Assembly: GCA_034416335.1 (NCBI GenBank)
Contig: DAOULV010000019.1
Span: 7,765 to 71,764, forward strand
Source: Dehalococcoidales bacterium
GTDB taxonomy: Bacteria > Chloroflexota > Dehalococcoidia > Dehalococcoidales > UBA2162
Direction: 5' to 3'
Length of the DNA stretch: 64,000 nt
Part shown: positions 35,759 through 44,732 of the stretch, in pieces
How the letters are laid out: each line of letters starts with the position of its first letter
How positions within the stretch are numbered: position 1 is the first letter of the stretch
Notes under the pieces: model-generated
Told to the model about the DNA's origin: nothing
Database searches by the model: none
What the model saw: the letters and a program-made list of their open reading frames with translations, nothing else
Translations under genes and position numbers: made by a program

Positions 35759-37153
35759 GTGCGGAGTCTAAACTGGAAGCTGAGCGGGGCACTGCTGCTC
35801 ATCGTCATCGTATCAGTCGGATTGATGGCGTACCTGACCAATCTCAGCACGACCAGTGAATTCCGGCAGTATGTTTCATCCGGCAATATGATGTATACCC
35901 GGTCGCTGGCTGAAAATCTCGGCGAATTCTATGCGGAACAGGGGTCATGGGAAGGACTGCAGGAGATGCTCGAAAATCTCCCTGTGCCTGGTTCTCAGAG
36001 TATTGTCGTGGTCGACAGCAGCGGAACGATTATCGGAGACTCTGCCGATGAACTGCTGGACAAAGAAGCGGCAGACATCGGTCTGAGCGGCGGCACCGCG
36101 ATAACCGTATCGGGCAGTAATATCGCGGCTCTGTACCTGCTTACTTCGAGACAAACGATGGGCATGGGTGGTATGGGCGGCATGGGCAGGCAGAACAGCC
36201 GGACAATGATGACGACAGCGGAAACCACCGAGGAAGATTTCCTCGACAGGGTCAATAATTCACTCTGGAAAGTCGGACTCATCGCCGCGGCGGCAGCCCT
36301 GGTTATCGGACTTATACTAACCCGCCAGATAACCCGTCCGGTGAAGGCGCTTATCACGGGCGTACGTCACCTGTCCGGAGGTGAACTGAGCTACCGGGTG
36401 AAAACGAAGTCGAATGATGAAATCGGCGAACTGGCGGACTCGTTTAATACGATGGCATCGACGCTTGAAAAAGTCGAGCAGTCGCGGCGGCAGCTAACCG
36501 CCGATATAGCCCACGAGCTTCGTACTCCCCTGACCATCATCGAAGGTACCGTGGACGGTATCATAGACGGGGTATTCGAAGCGGACGGCGAACACCTTAA
36601 CTCGATTAAAGAACAGACGGCGCTCCTGACCCACCTGATAAGCGACCTGCGCGATATATCCCTGGCCGAATCGGGCCAGTTGAAACTGAATCTGGTAACG
36701 ACCGATATAATCGACCTCATAAAACGTTCGATATCGGGATACGAACTCAACGCAGGTGAAAAGAATATCCGGCTGGAACTGGATACAGCGGTCGAGTCGG
36801 TCGGGATGGAAATCGACTCCGTCAGGATAGAGCAGGTTATCTCCAATCTCCTGGTAAACGCGATTCGCCACACTCCACCGGAAGGCCGTATCACCGTCGG
36901 TATCGGGAAAGACGAGAGCGGTATCAGGATATCGGTCGCCGATACCGGCGAGGGGATATCGCCGGAAGACTTACCCCACGTATTCGAGAGGTTTTACCGC
37001 TCCGGTACTTCACGCGCTCGAAAAGAAGGCGGCACGGGGCTCGGCCTTGCTATAGTGAAACAGATGGTCGAAGCCCACGGCGGTAACGTCACCGCCGAAA
37101 GTGAGGAAGGCAAGGGGACCACCTTCCGGATATTCCTGCCTTTCAAATCTTAA
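35759..37153 (+). CDS. Sensor histidine kinase (2 TM, HAMP, HisKA, HATPase_c) with a Met/Gly-rich periplasmic segment
   Basis: The start is the GTG at 35759, 2 nt after the RR stop. H-box is IAHELRTPL, N-box is LLVNAIRHT, and G-boxes are DTGEGI/GGTGLGLAIV. Track ORF 35435 over-extends upstream. Confidence 0.9.
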   Translation: MRSLNWKLSGALLLIVIVSVGLMAYLTNLSTTSEFRQYVSSGNMMYTRSLAENLGEFYAEQGSWEGLQEMLENLPVPGSQSIVVVDSSGTIIGDSADELLDKEAADIGLSGGTAITVSGSNIAALYLLTSRQTMGMGGMGGMGRQNSRTMMTTAETTEEDFLDRVNNSLWKVGLIAAAAALVIGLILTRQITRPVKALITGVRHLSGGELSYRVKTKSNDEIGELADSFNTMASTLEKVEQSRRQLTADIAHELRTPLTIIEGTVDGIIDGVFEADGEHLNSIKEQTALLTHLISDLRDISLAESGQLKLNLVTTDIIDLIKRSISGYELNAGEKNIRLELDTAVESVGMEIDSVRIEQVISNLLVNAIRHTPPEGRITVGIGKDESGIRISVADTGEGISPEDLPHVFERFYRSGTSRARKEGGTGLGLAIVKQMVEAHGGNVTAESEEGKGTTFRIFLPFKS

Positions 37154-37320
37154 TCAGGCTATTCCCGTATTGCGGACGTACATTCAGAAATATATATTAA
37201 GGAATCTATATAACAGTTGTTTTTATCGATTAACTAAAATCGAGATTAATCCCAGACATATTCACCTTTTTATACAAGTAAAGGTATAAGCATCTTTCGA
37301 GTAACTAATCAAAGGTTAAC

Positions 37321-37740
37321 TCAGTTGTGGCTAGTGTCTACGTTTACTTCTTCTTTATCACTCTCAGCTAAATACGTCCGATTCATGAGTAAATAATAGA
37401 AGTTCACAAACTTGAAGTAATCATCTGTCAGAATATCATACTTCTTTGCAGTTAAGTACATTTTTGTTAGGCTTTTTACATTCTCAGTATCAGCTTTGTT
37501 TCTTATGATCAAACGATTAATTTGATAATCAATGTCTGCAAAATTAGTTAGAGTGTTTGCTAGTTCTTTCTTAGCTGTTAACGAACTAAAATAACTAGAG
37601 ATTATGGCTATTGCTATGAACTGCAATAGTAAAACAAGCACCAAAAGTAATGTCTTATTGTTAATAGGTAAAAATAATGAACGTGTTGCGATTAGAGACC
37701 AAATAGGAAGAAATATAATTCGGGATTGTATACTTGACAC
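37321..37740 (-). CDS. Hypothetical 2-TM membrane protein (island gene)
   Basis: 139 aa starting at GTG. It has two N-terminal hydrophobic helices and then a soluble region of about 85 aa. The DNA is AT-rich and I recognise no motif. Confidence 0.45.
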   Translation of the reverse strand: MSSIQSRIIFLPIWSLIATRSLFLPINNKTLLLVLVLLLQFIAIAIISSYFSSLTAKKELANTLTNFADIDYQINRLIIRNKADTENVKSLTKMYLTAKKYDILTDDYFKFVNFYYLLMNRTYLAESDKEEVNVDTSHN

Positions 37741-37906
37741 AAGGTTGAGTTAGTGCTATACTATAGGAAATGAAGCTAAGTTTTGTCTTTTTCGGTGATA
37801 ACTTCCTTAACTTTTTCTACTACTTTTTTAGGAAAAAGTTTCTTGATAGTTTCATCGGTTGTTTTCTCGGTTAGCTTCTGTTTCTTATCCAAAGGGGGAT
37901 ACCTCC

Positions 37907-38818
37907 ATGAGTAGCACTAAATCAGATATAAACCTCGTTAGTCTCATTGAACGCTTCAACAGTGAAGACAGGTGTATCGAATACCTTGAAGAACTCAGAT
38001 GGGATGGTAACGTTACCTGTCCTCGCTGTGGTTCGACCAGCGTTTCTACTATTAAAGAACGACATCAATACGATTGTAACACGTGCCGTTATCAGTTTTC
38101 CGTAACTGCGGGTACTATCTTTCACGATACCCACCTTCCACTCTGGAAATGGTTTCTCGCTGTATACATGATGTGCGAAGCTAAAAAGGGCGTGTCCGCT
38201 AATCAGATAAAACGCACGATTAACGTATCCTATAAGACAGCCTGGTATCTCTGCCATCGTATCAGAAACGCCATGACAGAATCCAAACCACGCCCTCTTA
38301 GCGGTATCGTAGAAGTTGACGAGACGTGGATTGGGGGTAAGACAGTCGGCAAGGGACACGGATACAAGGGAAACAAGGTTGCTATCGCCGGAGTGATTGA
38401 ACGTGGTGGCGATGTCCGTACTCAGGTTATCAGTGCGCGGGATCGTAAAACGCTTCACGCTTTTATCGACAAGTTCACCGCCGATGATACCGAAGCTATC
38501 TATACCGATGACTGGCCTGCCTATAACGGTATCGAGGACGAGAACACGAGACATGAGAGCGTCAACCACAGTAAAGAGGAATGGGTTAGGGGAGACGTTC
38601 ACACTAACAACGTTGAGAACATCTGGAGTCTCTTTAAGCGGTCTGTTATAGGTTCGTATCATAAAGTCTCTCATAAACATCTTGACGCTTACCTTGATGA
38701 ACTGGAATGGCGGTTCAACAACCGTAACAATCCTTATCTATTCCGCGATACCCTCCGTAAACTTATTGATTCTGAGAATCTTGAGTATAAGGAGTTGACT
38801 CAGAAAGATACTTTTTAG
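37907..38818 (+). CDS. IS1595 family (ISXO2-like) transposase
   Basis: It has the N-terminal zinc ribbon CPRCGS..CNTCRY and an ISXO2-like DDE domain (VEVDETWIGG..IYTDDWPAYNG..H.SVNH). The start ATG 37907 follows AAGGGGGA. Confidence 0.85.
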   Translation: MSSTKSDINLVSLIERFNSEDRCIEYLEELRWDGNVTCPRCGSTSVSTIKERHQYDCNTCRYQFSVTAGTIFHDTHLPLWKWFLAVYMMCEAKKGVSANQIKRTINVSYKTAWYLCHRIRNAMTESKPRPLSGIVEVDETWIGGKTVGKGHGYKGNKVAIAGVIERGGDVRTQVISARDRKTLHAFIDKFTADDTEAIYTDDWPAYNGIEDENTRHESVNHSKEEWVRGDVHTNNVENIWSLFKRSVIGSYHKVSHKHLDAYLDELEWRFNNRNNPYLFRDTLRKLIDSENLEYKELTQKDTF

Positions 38819-39404
38819 TAATAGTTACCATTCCGATATTAGTAAACACGATTTGTTTAGCAAAAGCATCAACTGCTTCTTTTGATAAATTTGTATCTAT
38901 TGGCAAAATCTGCTCTATTAAATTCTTGTCATCTAGAGGCCATTTTATACTTTCATAAGATGTGTTTTTCCCTGCAAGAAATAGTCTTAACTCGTTGATA
39001 AGATTATCCTGCTCGGTATTAGTTAAGCCACTTGAGTTAATATCATTAACTAAATCCTTTGGTAGTGTCATATGGAATATCAGTACATCACCATTCTTTT
39101 TACTTCTTCTCACTGATACTCTATGCTGTTGCTTATTTTCAATAACAAAGGCAAAATGGTTATCTTTGTACTTATTACCCTCAAGAATGTATATTCCCCA
39201 ACCTCTACTAATTAGCCATTTTTTCAATAGTAGCTTAAGGAAAAGATGCTGTTTAAGATAAATCTCATAAAAACCATGTAGGATTAATAATCCGCCTATC
39301 CCCACTAATAGCCAATTAACAACATTATTCTGTAAAACTCCAAAACCACCCATCGCACTCACCACAAACCCCGAGCCAATTTCAATAGTTGGTAGTTTTG
39401 CCAT
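38763..39404 (-). CDS. Hypothetical 2-TM protein with a soluble C-terminal domain; the 3' end runs into the IS
   Basis: 213 aa. The last 18 or so codons overlap the transposase ORF convergently, which suggests an IS-truncated C-terminus. Confidence 0.45.
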   Translation of the reverse strand: MAKLPTIEIGSGFVVSAMGGFGVLQNNVVNWLLVGIGGLLILHGFYEIYLKQHLFLKLLLKKWLISRGWGIYILEGNKYKDNHFAFVIENKQQHRVSVRRSKKNGDVLIFHMTLPKDLVNDINSSGLTNTEQDNLINELRLFLAGKNTSYESIKWPLDDKNLIEQILPIDTNLSKEAVDAFAKQIVFTNIGMVTITKKYLSESTPYTQDSQNQ

Positions 39405-39928
39405 ACTCCCTCACACAGACATGATATAATTTGGTTACACATTATACCACCATCCCTGTATGAAGTATATAAGCCCGTAAATATTAATACCGTGAAGGTA
39501 ATCGCATAAATTACTCCGATCGCTTTTATTAGAGAGGAAACATTGGCAAAAAACCACTCAAATCCAATATTAGTTTTTTCCTTTCCAAGTTTTTGAAGAG
39601 AATCAGAAGTTTTCTCTAAATCACTTACTTTTGGTCTTTTTGCTCTGAAAAAGGAATATAAGCCCCAAAGGTACATAAGTAAGAATGAACTAGATACCCA
39701 ATATGTAAGTATCTCAAAAAGAACAGATACACCGAGAGCAACCACCACGGCTATAATTGAGCTAATTAGTAAGTTTAACTGACTAGATTCTATACTCTGT
39801 AGTTGTCTGTGAGTATGTCCAGCACTATTTTCAACTAACTCACTTAATTGTCTTAGCTTCTCCATTGATTCTGATAACATATCTGACTTCTCAACAATCT
39901 TATCTTTATGTTTAATCCTCCTCACCAC
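39359..39928 (-). CDS. Hypothetical 3-TM membrane protein (island operon)
   Basis: 189 aa, or 173 aa if translation starts at ATG 39880. It has a helical N-terminus followed by three hydrophobic helices, and overlaps both neighbouring ORFs. Confidence 0.45.
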   Translation of the reverse strand: MVRRIKHKDKIVEKSDMLSESMEKLRQLSELVENSAGHTHRQLQSIESSQLNLLISSIIAVVVALGVSVLFEILTYWVSSSFLLMYLWGLYSFFRAKRPKVSDLEKTSDSLQKLGKEKTNIGFEWFFANVSSLIKAIGVIYAITFTVLIFTGLYTSYRDGGIMCNQIISCLCEGVWQNYQLLKLARGLW

Positions 39929-41051
39929 TTTCTAACTGATACGTTAATGAAAGTGATTCTATCTGAGGCAAAGATGTTCCAGCTATAGCTTCAAGATCAC
40001 CATACATCCCGAATGTTCCTTTTTCAACAAGCTGCAACTGTTTCTCCTGACGACTCCAGATTCTTTCCATAGCTGCTCTTTCTTGAGCTAGTTGTTTTCT
40101 CATTTTCGTAAATGCCCCGACTATACCTTCAATCCTCTGCTTGAACTGTGGACCTGTTAAGTAATCATAAAGTATCTCCATTTTTTGATCTTTGGCTTGA
40201 TTAGCTACCTTGCTTCTATAGAGTTCGGTAAGTACCATTCTCATTGCACTAGCAACTTGAGTTGCTAAAGGCCAGTGGGTTACCCATACACCGTCAATAT
40301 TATCAAAGTGCTTGATGTTCTCTGGTAGAACAGCTGTAGCTATAATAGCAATGTCGGCCTTTTCTTCTTGTTGGTTCTCTTTTAACTTGTCAATCCACTG
40401 CTTGTTCCAACTTCTAGTGTTCTTGGATTCCCAAATAATTGTCCCGCAACATGTTCCTAAATTACCATTAACCTTCTGAATCAAATCAGCACCTCTAACA
40501 CCTTTAGGAACTGGCACTATCTGATCTTCAGGAAAGTATTGTTTAAGTAATTCCTCTAGGGTAATTTCCAAAACTTCTCCCTGGGCTTGTTGAGAACCAA
40601 TTTCAATCTTTTTCTGAAGCTCATCAATCTTCTTGGATAAGCCTTCAATCATTTGATCTTTCTCAGCAACTTTTAATTTATTCTTCTCCTCATACTCTGT
40701 TTTGAATTGATCTATTCCACGTTGAATTTTTAAGTCAAGTTGCTCTTTTTCCTCTTCCCACTTCCTTCTTTCTCTTCTAAATGCTGTTTCCTTATCTCTT
40801 AATTCTTTCAATTCTTTCTCGGATTCTTGCACTTGTTCGTTAAGATCAGAGATATCTTTGGAAGCTTTTTCTTCTGCCTTATTTTGTGCTATTCTTTCAA
40901 TCTCACTTCTTTCCTTTTCAATCCGAGTCTGGTACTGTTCTTCTAACTCTGTAGTAATCTGTGATCGTAGCGGACCTAAAATCACGTCAGTAATCGGAAA
41001 ATAATAACCACATTTTGGGCACTGTACTTTATTCTCAATAGCCTCTGACAT
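39912..41051 (-). CDS. DUF2130-like protein: zinc ribbon + coiled coil + PD-(D/E)xK nuclease-like C-terminal domain
   Basis: 379 aa from ATG 41051, preceded by a GGAGGAGG RBS. It has CPKCG, an E/K/Q-rich coil of about 130 aa, and GAD-x18-ESK (GADLIQ..IIWESKNT). Confidence 0.75.
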   Translation of the reverse strand: MSEAIENKVQCPKCGYYFPITDVILGPLRSQITTELEEQYQTRIEKERSEIERIAQNKAEEKASKDISDLNEQVQESEKELKELRDKETAFRRERRKWEEEKEQLDLKIQRGIDQFKTEYEEKNKLKVAEKDQMIEGLSKKIDELQKKIEIGSQQAQGEVLEITLEELLKQYFPEDQIVPVPKGVRGADLIQKVNGNLGTCCGTIIWESKNTRSWNKQWIDKLKENQQEEKADIAIIATAVLPENIKHFDNIDGVWVTHWPLATQVASAMRMVLTELYRSKVANQAKDQKMEILYDYLTGPQFKQRIEGIVGAFTKMRKQLAQERAAMERIWSRQEKQLQLVEKGTFGMYGDLEAIAGTSLPQIESLSLTYQLESGEED

Positions 41052-41082
41052 TACTAACCTCCTCCACTTCGAGTGTCCTTTC

Positions 41083-41110
41083 ATTATTGTCATCTATGAA
41101 CTTTTGTCAA
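41083..41110 (-). promoter_or_regulatory. Putative promoter TTGACA-16-AATAAT for the DUF2130 operon
   Basis: On the minus strand, -35 is at 41110..41105 and -10 at 41088..41083, about 30 nt upstream of the start codon. Confidence 0.4.
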
Positions 41111-41268
41111 GTTTTATACGGAACAGAGCGTACTGTTAAAACGAAATATTCATTCTATAGCTTTGCTCAAGAGACGCGTTACAATATTGAAAGAAAAGAA
41201 GGTTAATAATTAACAGTGGGGTATTAGAACTGTCACTTACCTGCGACTTACCGCCCAGGTTCGTTCAC

Positions 41269-41353
41269 TGGTGGGGAAGGAGGGACTCGAACCCTCACGC
41301 ATTGCTGCACCAGATCCTAAGTCTGGCCCGTCTGCCAGTTCCGGCACTCCCCC
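41269..41353 (-). tRNA. tRNA-Leu (anticodon TAG), CCA-encoded, long variable arm
   Basis: The reverse complement folds with acceptor GGGGGAG/CTTCCCC, anticodon stem CCAGA/TCTGG with loop CTTAGGA, and T-arm GAGGG-TTCGAGT-CCCTC. It ends in ACCA. Confidence 0.9.
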
Positions 41354-41415
41354 GCGATGTGTAGAAAAATGTTACCAGATACAGGCTGAAGTGTCTACGG
41401 CGTCCGGTCGATCCT

Positions 41416-42483
41416 TCACCTTTCCCGGGGGTTAGGTTCCTTCCAGATTTCACCATTCCACGCCCTGAGATAGACCGCGTCGTCTTCCCGCCTGACTATC
41501 GTCTCCGGGTTCATCGGGATTTTCCCGTAGGGCGTATCCAGCAGGTAGACCGGTACGGCGAGGCCGGAGGTAAATCCCCTCAGGGACTGTATTATTTCTA
41601 TGCCCTTTTCTATCGGGGTGATGAAGTGGGAAGTACCTTTCAATGTCTGCGCCTGGTAGATGTAATAAGGCCTGACCCTGAACCGCAGCAGTCCCCGCAC
41701 CAGTTCCTTCATTACTTCGGGGTCGTCGTTTATCCCCCTGAGCAGTACCGACTGGTTGCCGAGGGGAATTCCGGCGTCCGCCAGCCTGGCGCAGGCGGCA
41801 AAAGCTTCATCGGTTAACTCGACCGGATGATTAAACTGTGTATTAAAGTACAGGGGATGGTACTTGCTCAGAATCCGGCACAGGTCGTCGGTGATTCTCT
41901 GGGGCATCGTACAGGGAGTGCGGGAACCGATTCTGACTATCTCAACATGTTTTATCTCGCGCAGTCTTCCAAGTATTTCGTCTATCAGCTCGTCGGAGTG
42001 CATCAGGGGGTCCCCGCCGGTTATCAGCACGTCCCTTATCTCCGGCGTGCGTGAAATATAGTCCAGGGCTTCGTTCATCGCCTCCCGTGAAAAATTAAAG
42101 TCCTCGTGCCCCACCATCCGCTTCCTCAGGCAGTGGCGGCAGAGCACCGGGCAGGTGTTGGAAACCGTCCAGGCTATCCTGTCGGGGTAGACCTTGATAA
42201 CATAAGGAGCGGGGTCATGCTTCTCTTCGTCGAGGGGGTCTATCATCCCGGTATCGTCGTGGAGTTCGATTTCCTGCGGGACAGCCTGCATCCTTATCGG
42301 ACAGTCACTGTCCTCCCTGTCCATCAGACCCGCGTAATAAGGGGTGATATGCCAGCTGAACTCCTCTTCCGCCCGGCGTATTCCTTCTTTTTCGTCATCA
42401 TCCAGCGATATGTAGTCGCCGAGCTTTTCGACCGAGTGAATCATATTCCTGACCTGCCACTTCCAGCTATTCGTATCATCCAT
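41416..42483 (-). CDS. KamA family radical SAM protein (lysine 2,3-aminomutase-like, short form)
   Basis: 355 aa. It has the radical SAM cluster CPVLCRHC and the motifs LITGGDPL and NQSVLLRGIND. Confidence 0.9.
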   Translation of the reverse strand: MDDTNSWKWQVRNMIHSVEKLGDYISLDDDEKEGIRRAEEEFSWHITPYYAGLMDREDSDCPIRMQAVPQEIELHDDTGMIDPLDEEKHDPAPYVIKVYPDRIAWTVSNTCPVLCRHCLRKRMVGHEDFNFSREAMNEALDYISRTPEIRDVLITGGDPLMHSDELIDEILGRLREIKHVEIVRIGSRTPCTMPQRITDDLCRILSKYHPLYFNTQFNHPVELTDEAFAACARLADAGIPLGNQSVLLRGINDDPEVMKELVRGLLRFRVRPYYIYQAQTLKGTSHFITPIEKGIEIIQSLRGFTSGLAVPVYLLDTPYGKIPMNPETIVRREDDAVYLRAWNGEIWKEPNPRER

Positions 42484-42506
42484 AATAGCTCTCCACCAAC
42501 CTGTAT

Positions 42507-43505
42507 TTATTTCCTCGCCAGTGCGTTCTGCACCAGAATTTCAATTATTTTTTCAGGCTTAATTCCGCCTGCTTCCGCCTGTATGGTAAATATACTGTAA
42601 TAAGGGGAAAGTCCCGGCAGTGGATTGATTTCCAGGAAATAAGGAATACCGTCCTGTCCCAGCCTGAAATCTACCCTGGCGAAGTCGCGGCACCCCAGCG
42701 CGTGAAAAACAGCGACGGCGTATTCTTCCAGGATCCGTAACATATCCGGAGAAATATCAACCGGACATATGACTTCTTTACGGTGAGTACTCTTCAGGTC
42801 GAACGAATAGAAAGCGTCCGGATCGCCGTCTTCGAGCCGCAGCTCGGCAGCGGGAAGGCATTTCAGACCGCCGTCCTCAAGCAGGCCCACGCAGAACTCT
42901 CTGCCGCTGATAAATTTCTCTATCAATACCGAATCGCTGCAGTTTTCAAGTATCCACTCGGATTCAGCTTTGAGCGAGTCCGGGGATTCCACCTTCGCCG
43001 TTCGCCTGATACCCTGGCTGGAACCGCCCGTAACCGGTTTTACGAAAAGCGGATAGCCGATATTCTCTATTTCACCAGTCTTTTTATTGATTTCAGAGAT
43101 ATTGTCTATCCTGAGGAACGGAGGAGTAGGGATGCCTTCATATGAGGCGATTACTTTCGACAGGTATTTATCGAGCGACAGCCCCAGTCCGACTGCGTCC
43201 GTGCCGGTGTATGGAATTCCGAGGGCTTCCGCTATAGCGGGTACCAGGGATTCACGGTTGCGGCCTTCCGCCGCTTCGGTGATATTGAAAATGACATCCG
43301 GCTGCGCTTCTATAATTAGAGACAGGATATCCTTACTCCAGGGCAGTCTGACAACATCGCCGAGACGTGAGAGACATTGGTAGATCCAGTCTACTGTTCT
43401 CGAGTCTTCGTATTCGCAGGAGACGGACCCGGCGGTATCGGAACCGTCATCGACCGGGATATCATAAGCAAAGCCTATCTCAGGCTTATCAGAAATTTTT
43501 ACCAC
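42507..43505 (-). CDS. ATP-grasp ligase, D-alanine--D-alanine ligase family
   Basis: 332 aa. Motifs are YPLFVKPVTGGSSQGI, LIEKFISGREF and FLEINPLPGLS. Confidence 0.85.
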   Translation of the reverse strand: MVKISDKPEIGFAYDIPVDDGSDTAGSVSCEYEDSRTVDWIYQCLSRLGDVVRLPWSKDILSLIIEAQPDVIFNITEAAEGRNRESLVPAIAEALGIPYTGTDAVGLGLSLDKYLSKVIASYEGIPTPPFLRIDNISEINKKTGEIENIGYPLFVKPVTGGSSQGIRRTAKVESPDSLKAESEWILENCSDSVLIEKFISGREFCVGLLEDGGLKCLPAAELRLEDGDPDAFYSFDLKSTHRKEVICPVDISPDMLRILEEYAVAVFHALGCRDFARVDFRLGQDGIPYFLEINPLPGLSPYYSIFTIQAEAGGIKPEKIIEILVQNALARK

Positions 43506-43525
43506 AGCTCTATATATTTCTCCGG

Positions 43526-44710
43526 CTAGTCGATGACTTTTTCCTTTACCAGACGATCGAACTCATCGTCGGCGACCCCGAGCAGTTCCTTGAATACATA
43601 CTCGTTATGCTCGCCCAGAAGCGGAGACCGTTTTATTTCCGGATCGTATTTGGACATTTTAAAGTGATATCCTGTTTGACTTCTGTATATACCCTGGTCG
43701 GGATGTTCGATCTCCCTAAAAGTATTTCTGTGCTTTAACTGGGGGTCTTTATCCATCAAGTCTTCACCGGTCTCTACGATTCCCGCCGCTACGCCTGCCT
43801 TCTGCATCAGGTCCATTACCTCTTCAGCGGTGCGTATCGAAGTCCACTCATTGACTATGGCATCCAGTTCTTCCTCGTTTTCTTTCCTGGCCGCAAACGA
43901 AGCGTATTTCGGATCGTTTTTCATTTCAGGTTTCCCGATTACTTCGCAGAAACTTCCCCATTCGTCTTCGGTAAATACCGCGACAGCGCACCACCTGTCT
44001 TTACCCTGGCATCGGTAGGCGTTATGAGGTGCAGCGTAATCACTCTTGTTCCCCATGCGGTCCTCTATCCGGTTGTTGACCGTGTAATCGAGAATCGTGG
44101 GCGCCATAAACTGGAGACCGCCTTCATACTGCGACATATCCAGGTACTGTCCCTTACCGGTACGTCTGCGGTACTCGAGGGCAGCCATAATCGCGAGTAT
44201 GTTATATCGAGGGGCGATAAAATCGGTATATGCGCCTATCCAGCCCGGCCCCCTGTCGGGCCAGCCGAGTATGTGGTTGAATCCCACCAGGGCCGTCAGC
44301 TTGTGCCCGGAGCCCGGGTGCTTGGCATATGGACCGGTCTGTCCCTGCATGCAGGAGCTGCACATTATAATATCGGGCTTGATTTCCTTTACCACATCGT
44401 ATCCCAACCCCATTCTCTCTATCGCGCCGCCGGCAAAATTCTCGACCATGACATCGCAGAGCGCTATCAGCCGTTTGCACAGGTCGAGCCCTTCGGGTGT
44501 TGCCAGGTTAAGCGTTATTGCCTTTTTACCGGTACAGTACTGGCCGAAACTGCCGAGATGCTGTCCCATGCGCTGAATATCCATTCTTCTCCGGCTTTCG
44601 ACCCTGATTACCTCTGCTCCCAGGTCCGAAAGGTGCTTGGTGGTAAGCGGTCCCGTGAGGTGCCAGGTAAAATCGATAACTCTTATTCCTTCAAGCAATT
44701 GTTTATTCAT
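43526..44710 (-). CDS. Family III CoA-transferase (CaiB/BaiF)
   Basis: 394 aa. It has the N-terminal GIRVIDFTWHLTGPLTTKHLSDLGAEVIRVE and the MVENF..G..ERMGLGY pattern. Confidence 0.9.
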   Translation of the reverse strand: MNKQLLEGIRVIDFTWHLTGPLTTKHLSDLGAEVIRVESRRRMDIQRMGQHLGSFGQYCTGKKAITLNLATPEGLDLCKRLIALCDVMVENFAGGAIERMGLGYDVVKEIKPDIIMCSSCMQGQTGPYAKHPGSGHKLTALVGFNHILGWPDRGPGWIGAYTDFIAPRYNILAIMAALEYRRRTGKGQYLDMSQYEGGLQFMAPTILDYTVNNRIEDRMGNKSDYAAPHNAYRCQGKDRWCAVAVFTEDEWGSFCEVIGKPEMKNDPKYASFAARKENEEELDAIVNEWTSIRTAEEVMDLMQKAGVAAGIVETGEDLMDKDPQLKHRNTFREIEHPDQGIYRSQTGYHFKMSKYDPEIKRSPLLGEHNEYVFKELLGVADDEFDRLVKEKVID

Positions 44711-44732
44711 CTATCTCAAACCTCTCCGTTTC

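Larger units (their letters stand above)
37154..41268. other. Low-GC genomic island abutting the 3' end of tRNA-Leu
   Basis: A hand count gives 19/60 G+C in 37441..37500, against more than 50% in flanking genes. The boundaries coincide with the HK stop and the tRNA 3' end. Confidence 0.7.

Noticed and set aside
37154-37320. Expected direct repeat of the tRNA-Leu 3' end marking the far border of the island.
   Set aside because: I searched by eye for GGGGAAGGAGGGACTCGAACC-like sequence at the left border and found none. No integrase gene is present either, so I do not call this an intact integrative element.
37741-38880. Precise IS1595 element boundaries (inverted repeats and target-site duplication).
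   Set aside because: I could not identify convincing terminal inverted repeats by eye on either side of the transposase ORF, so I report only the transposase CDS.
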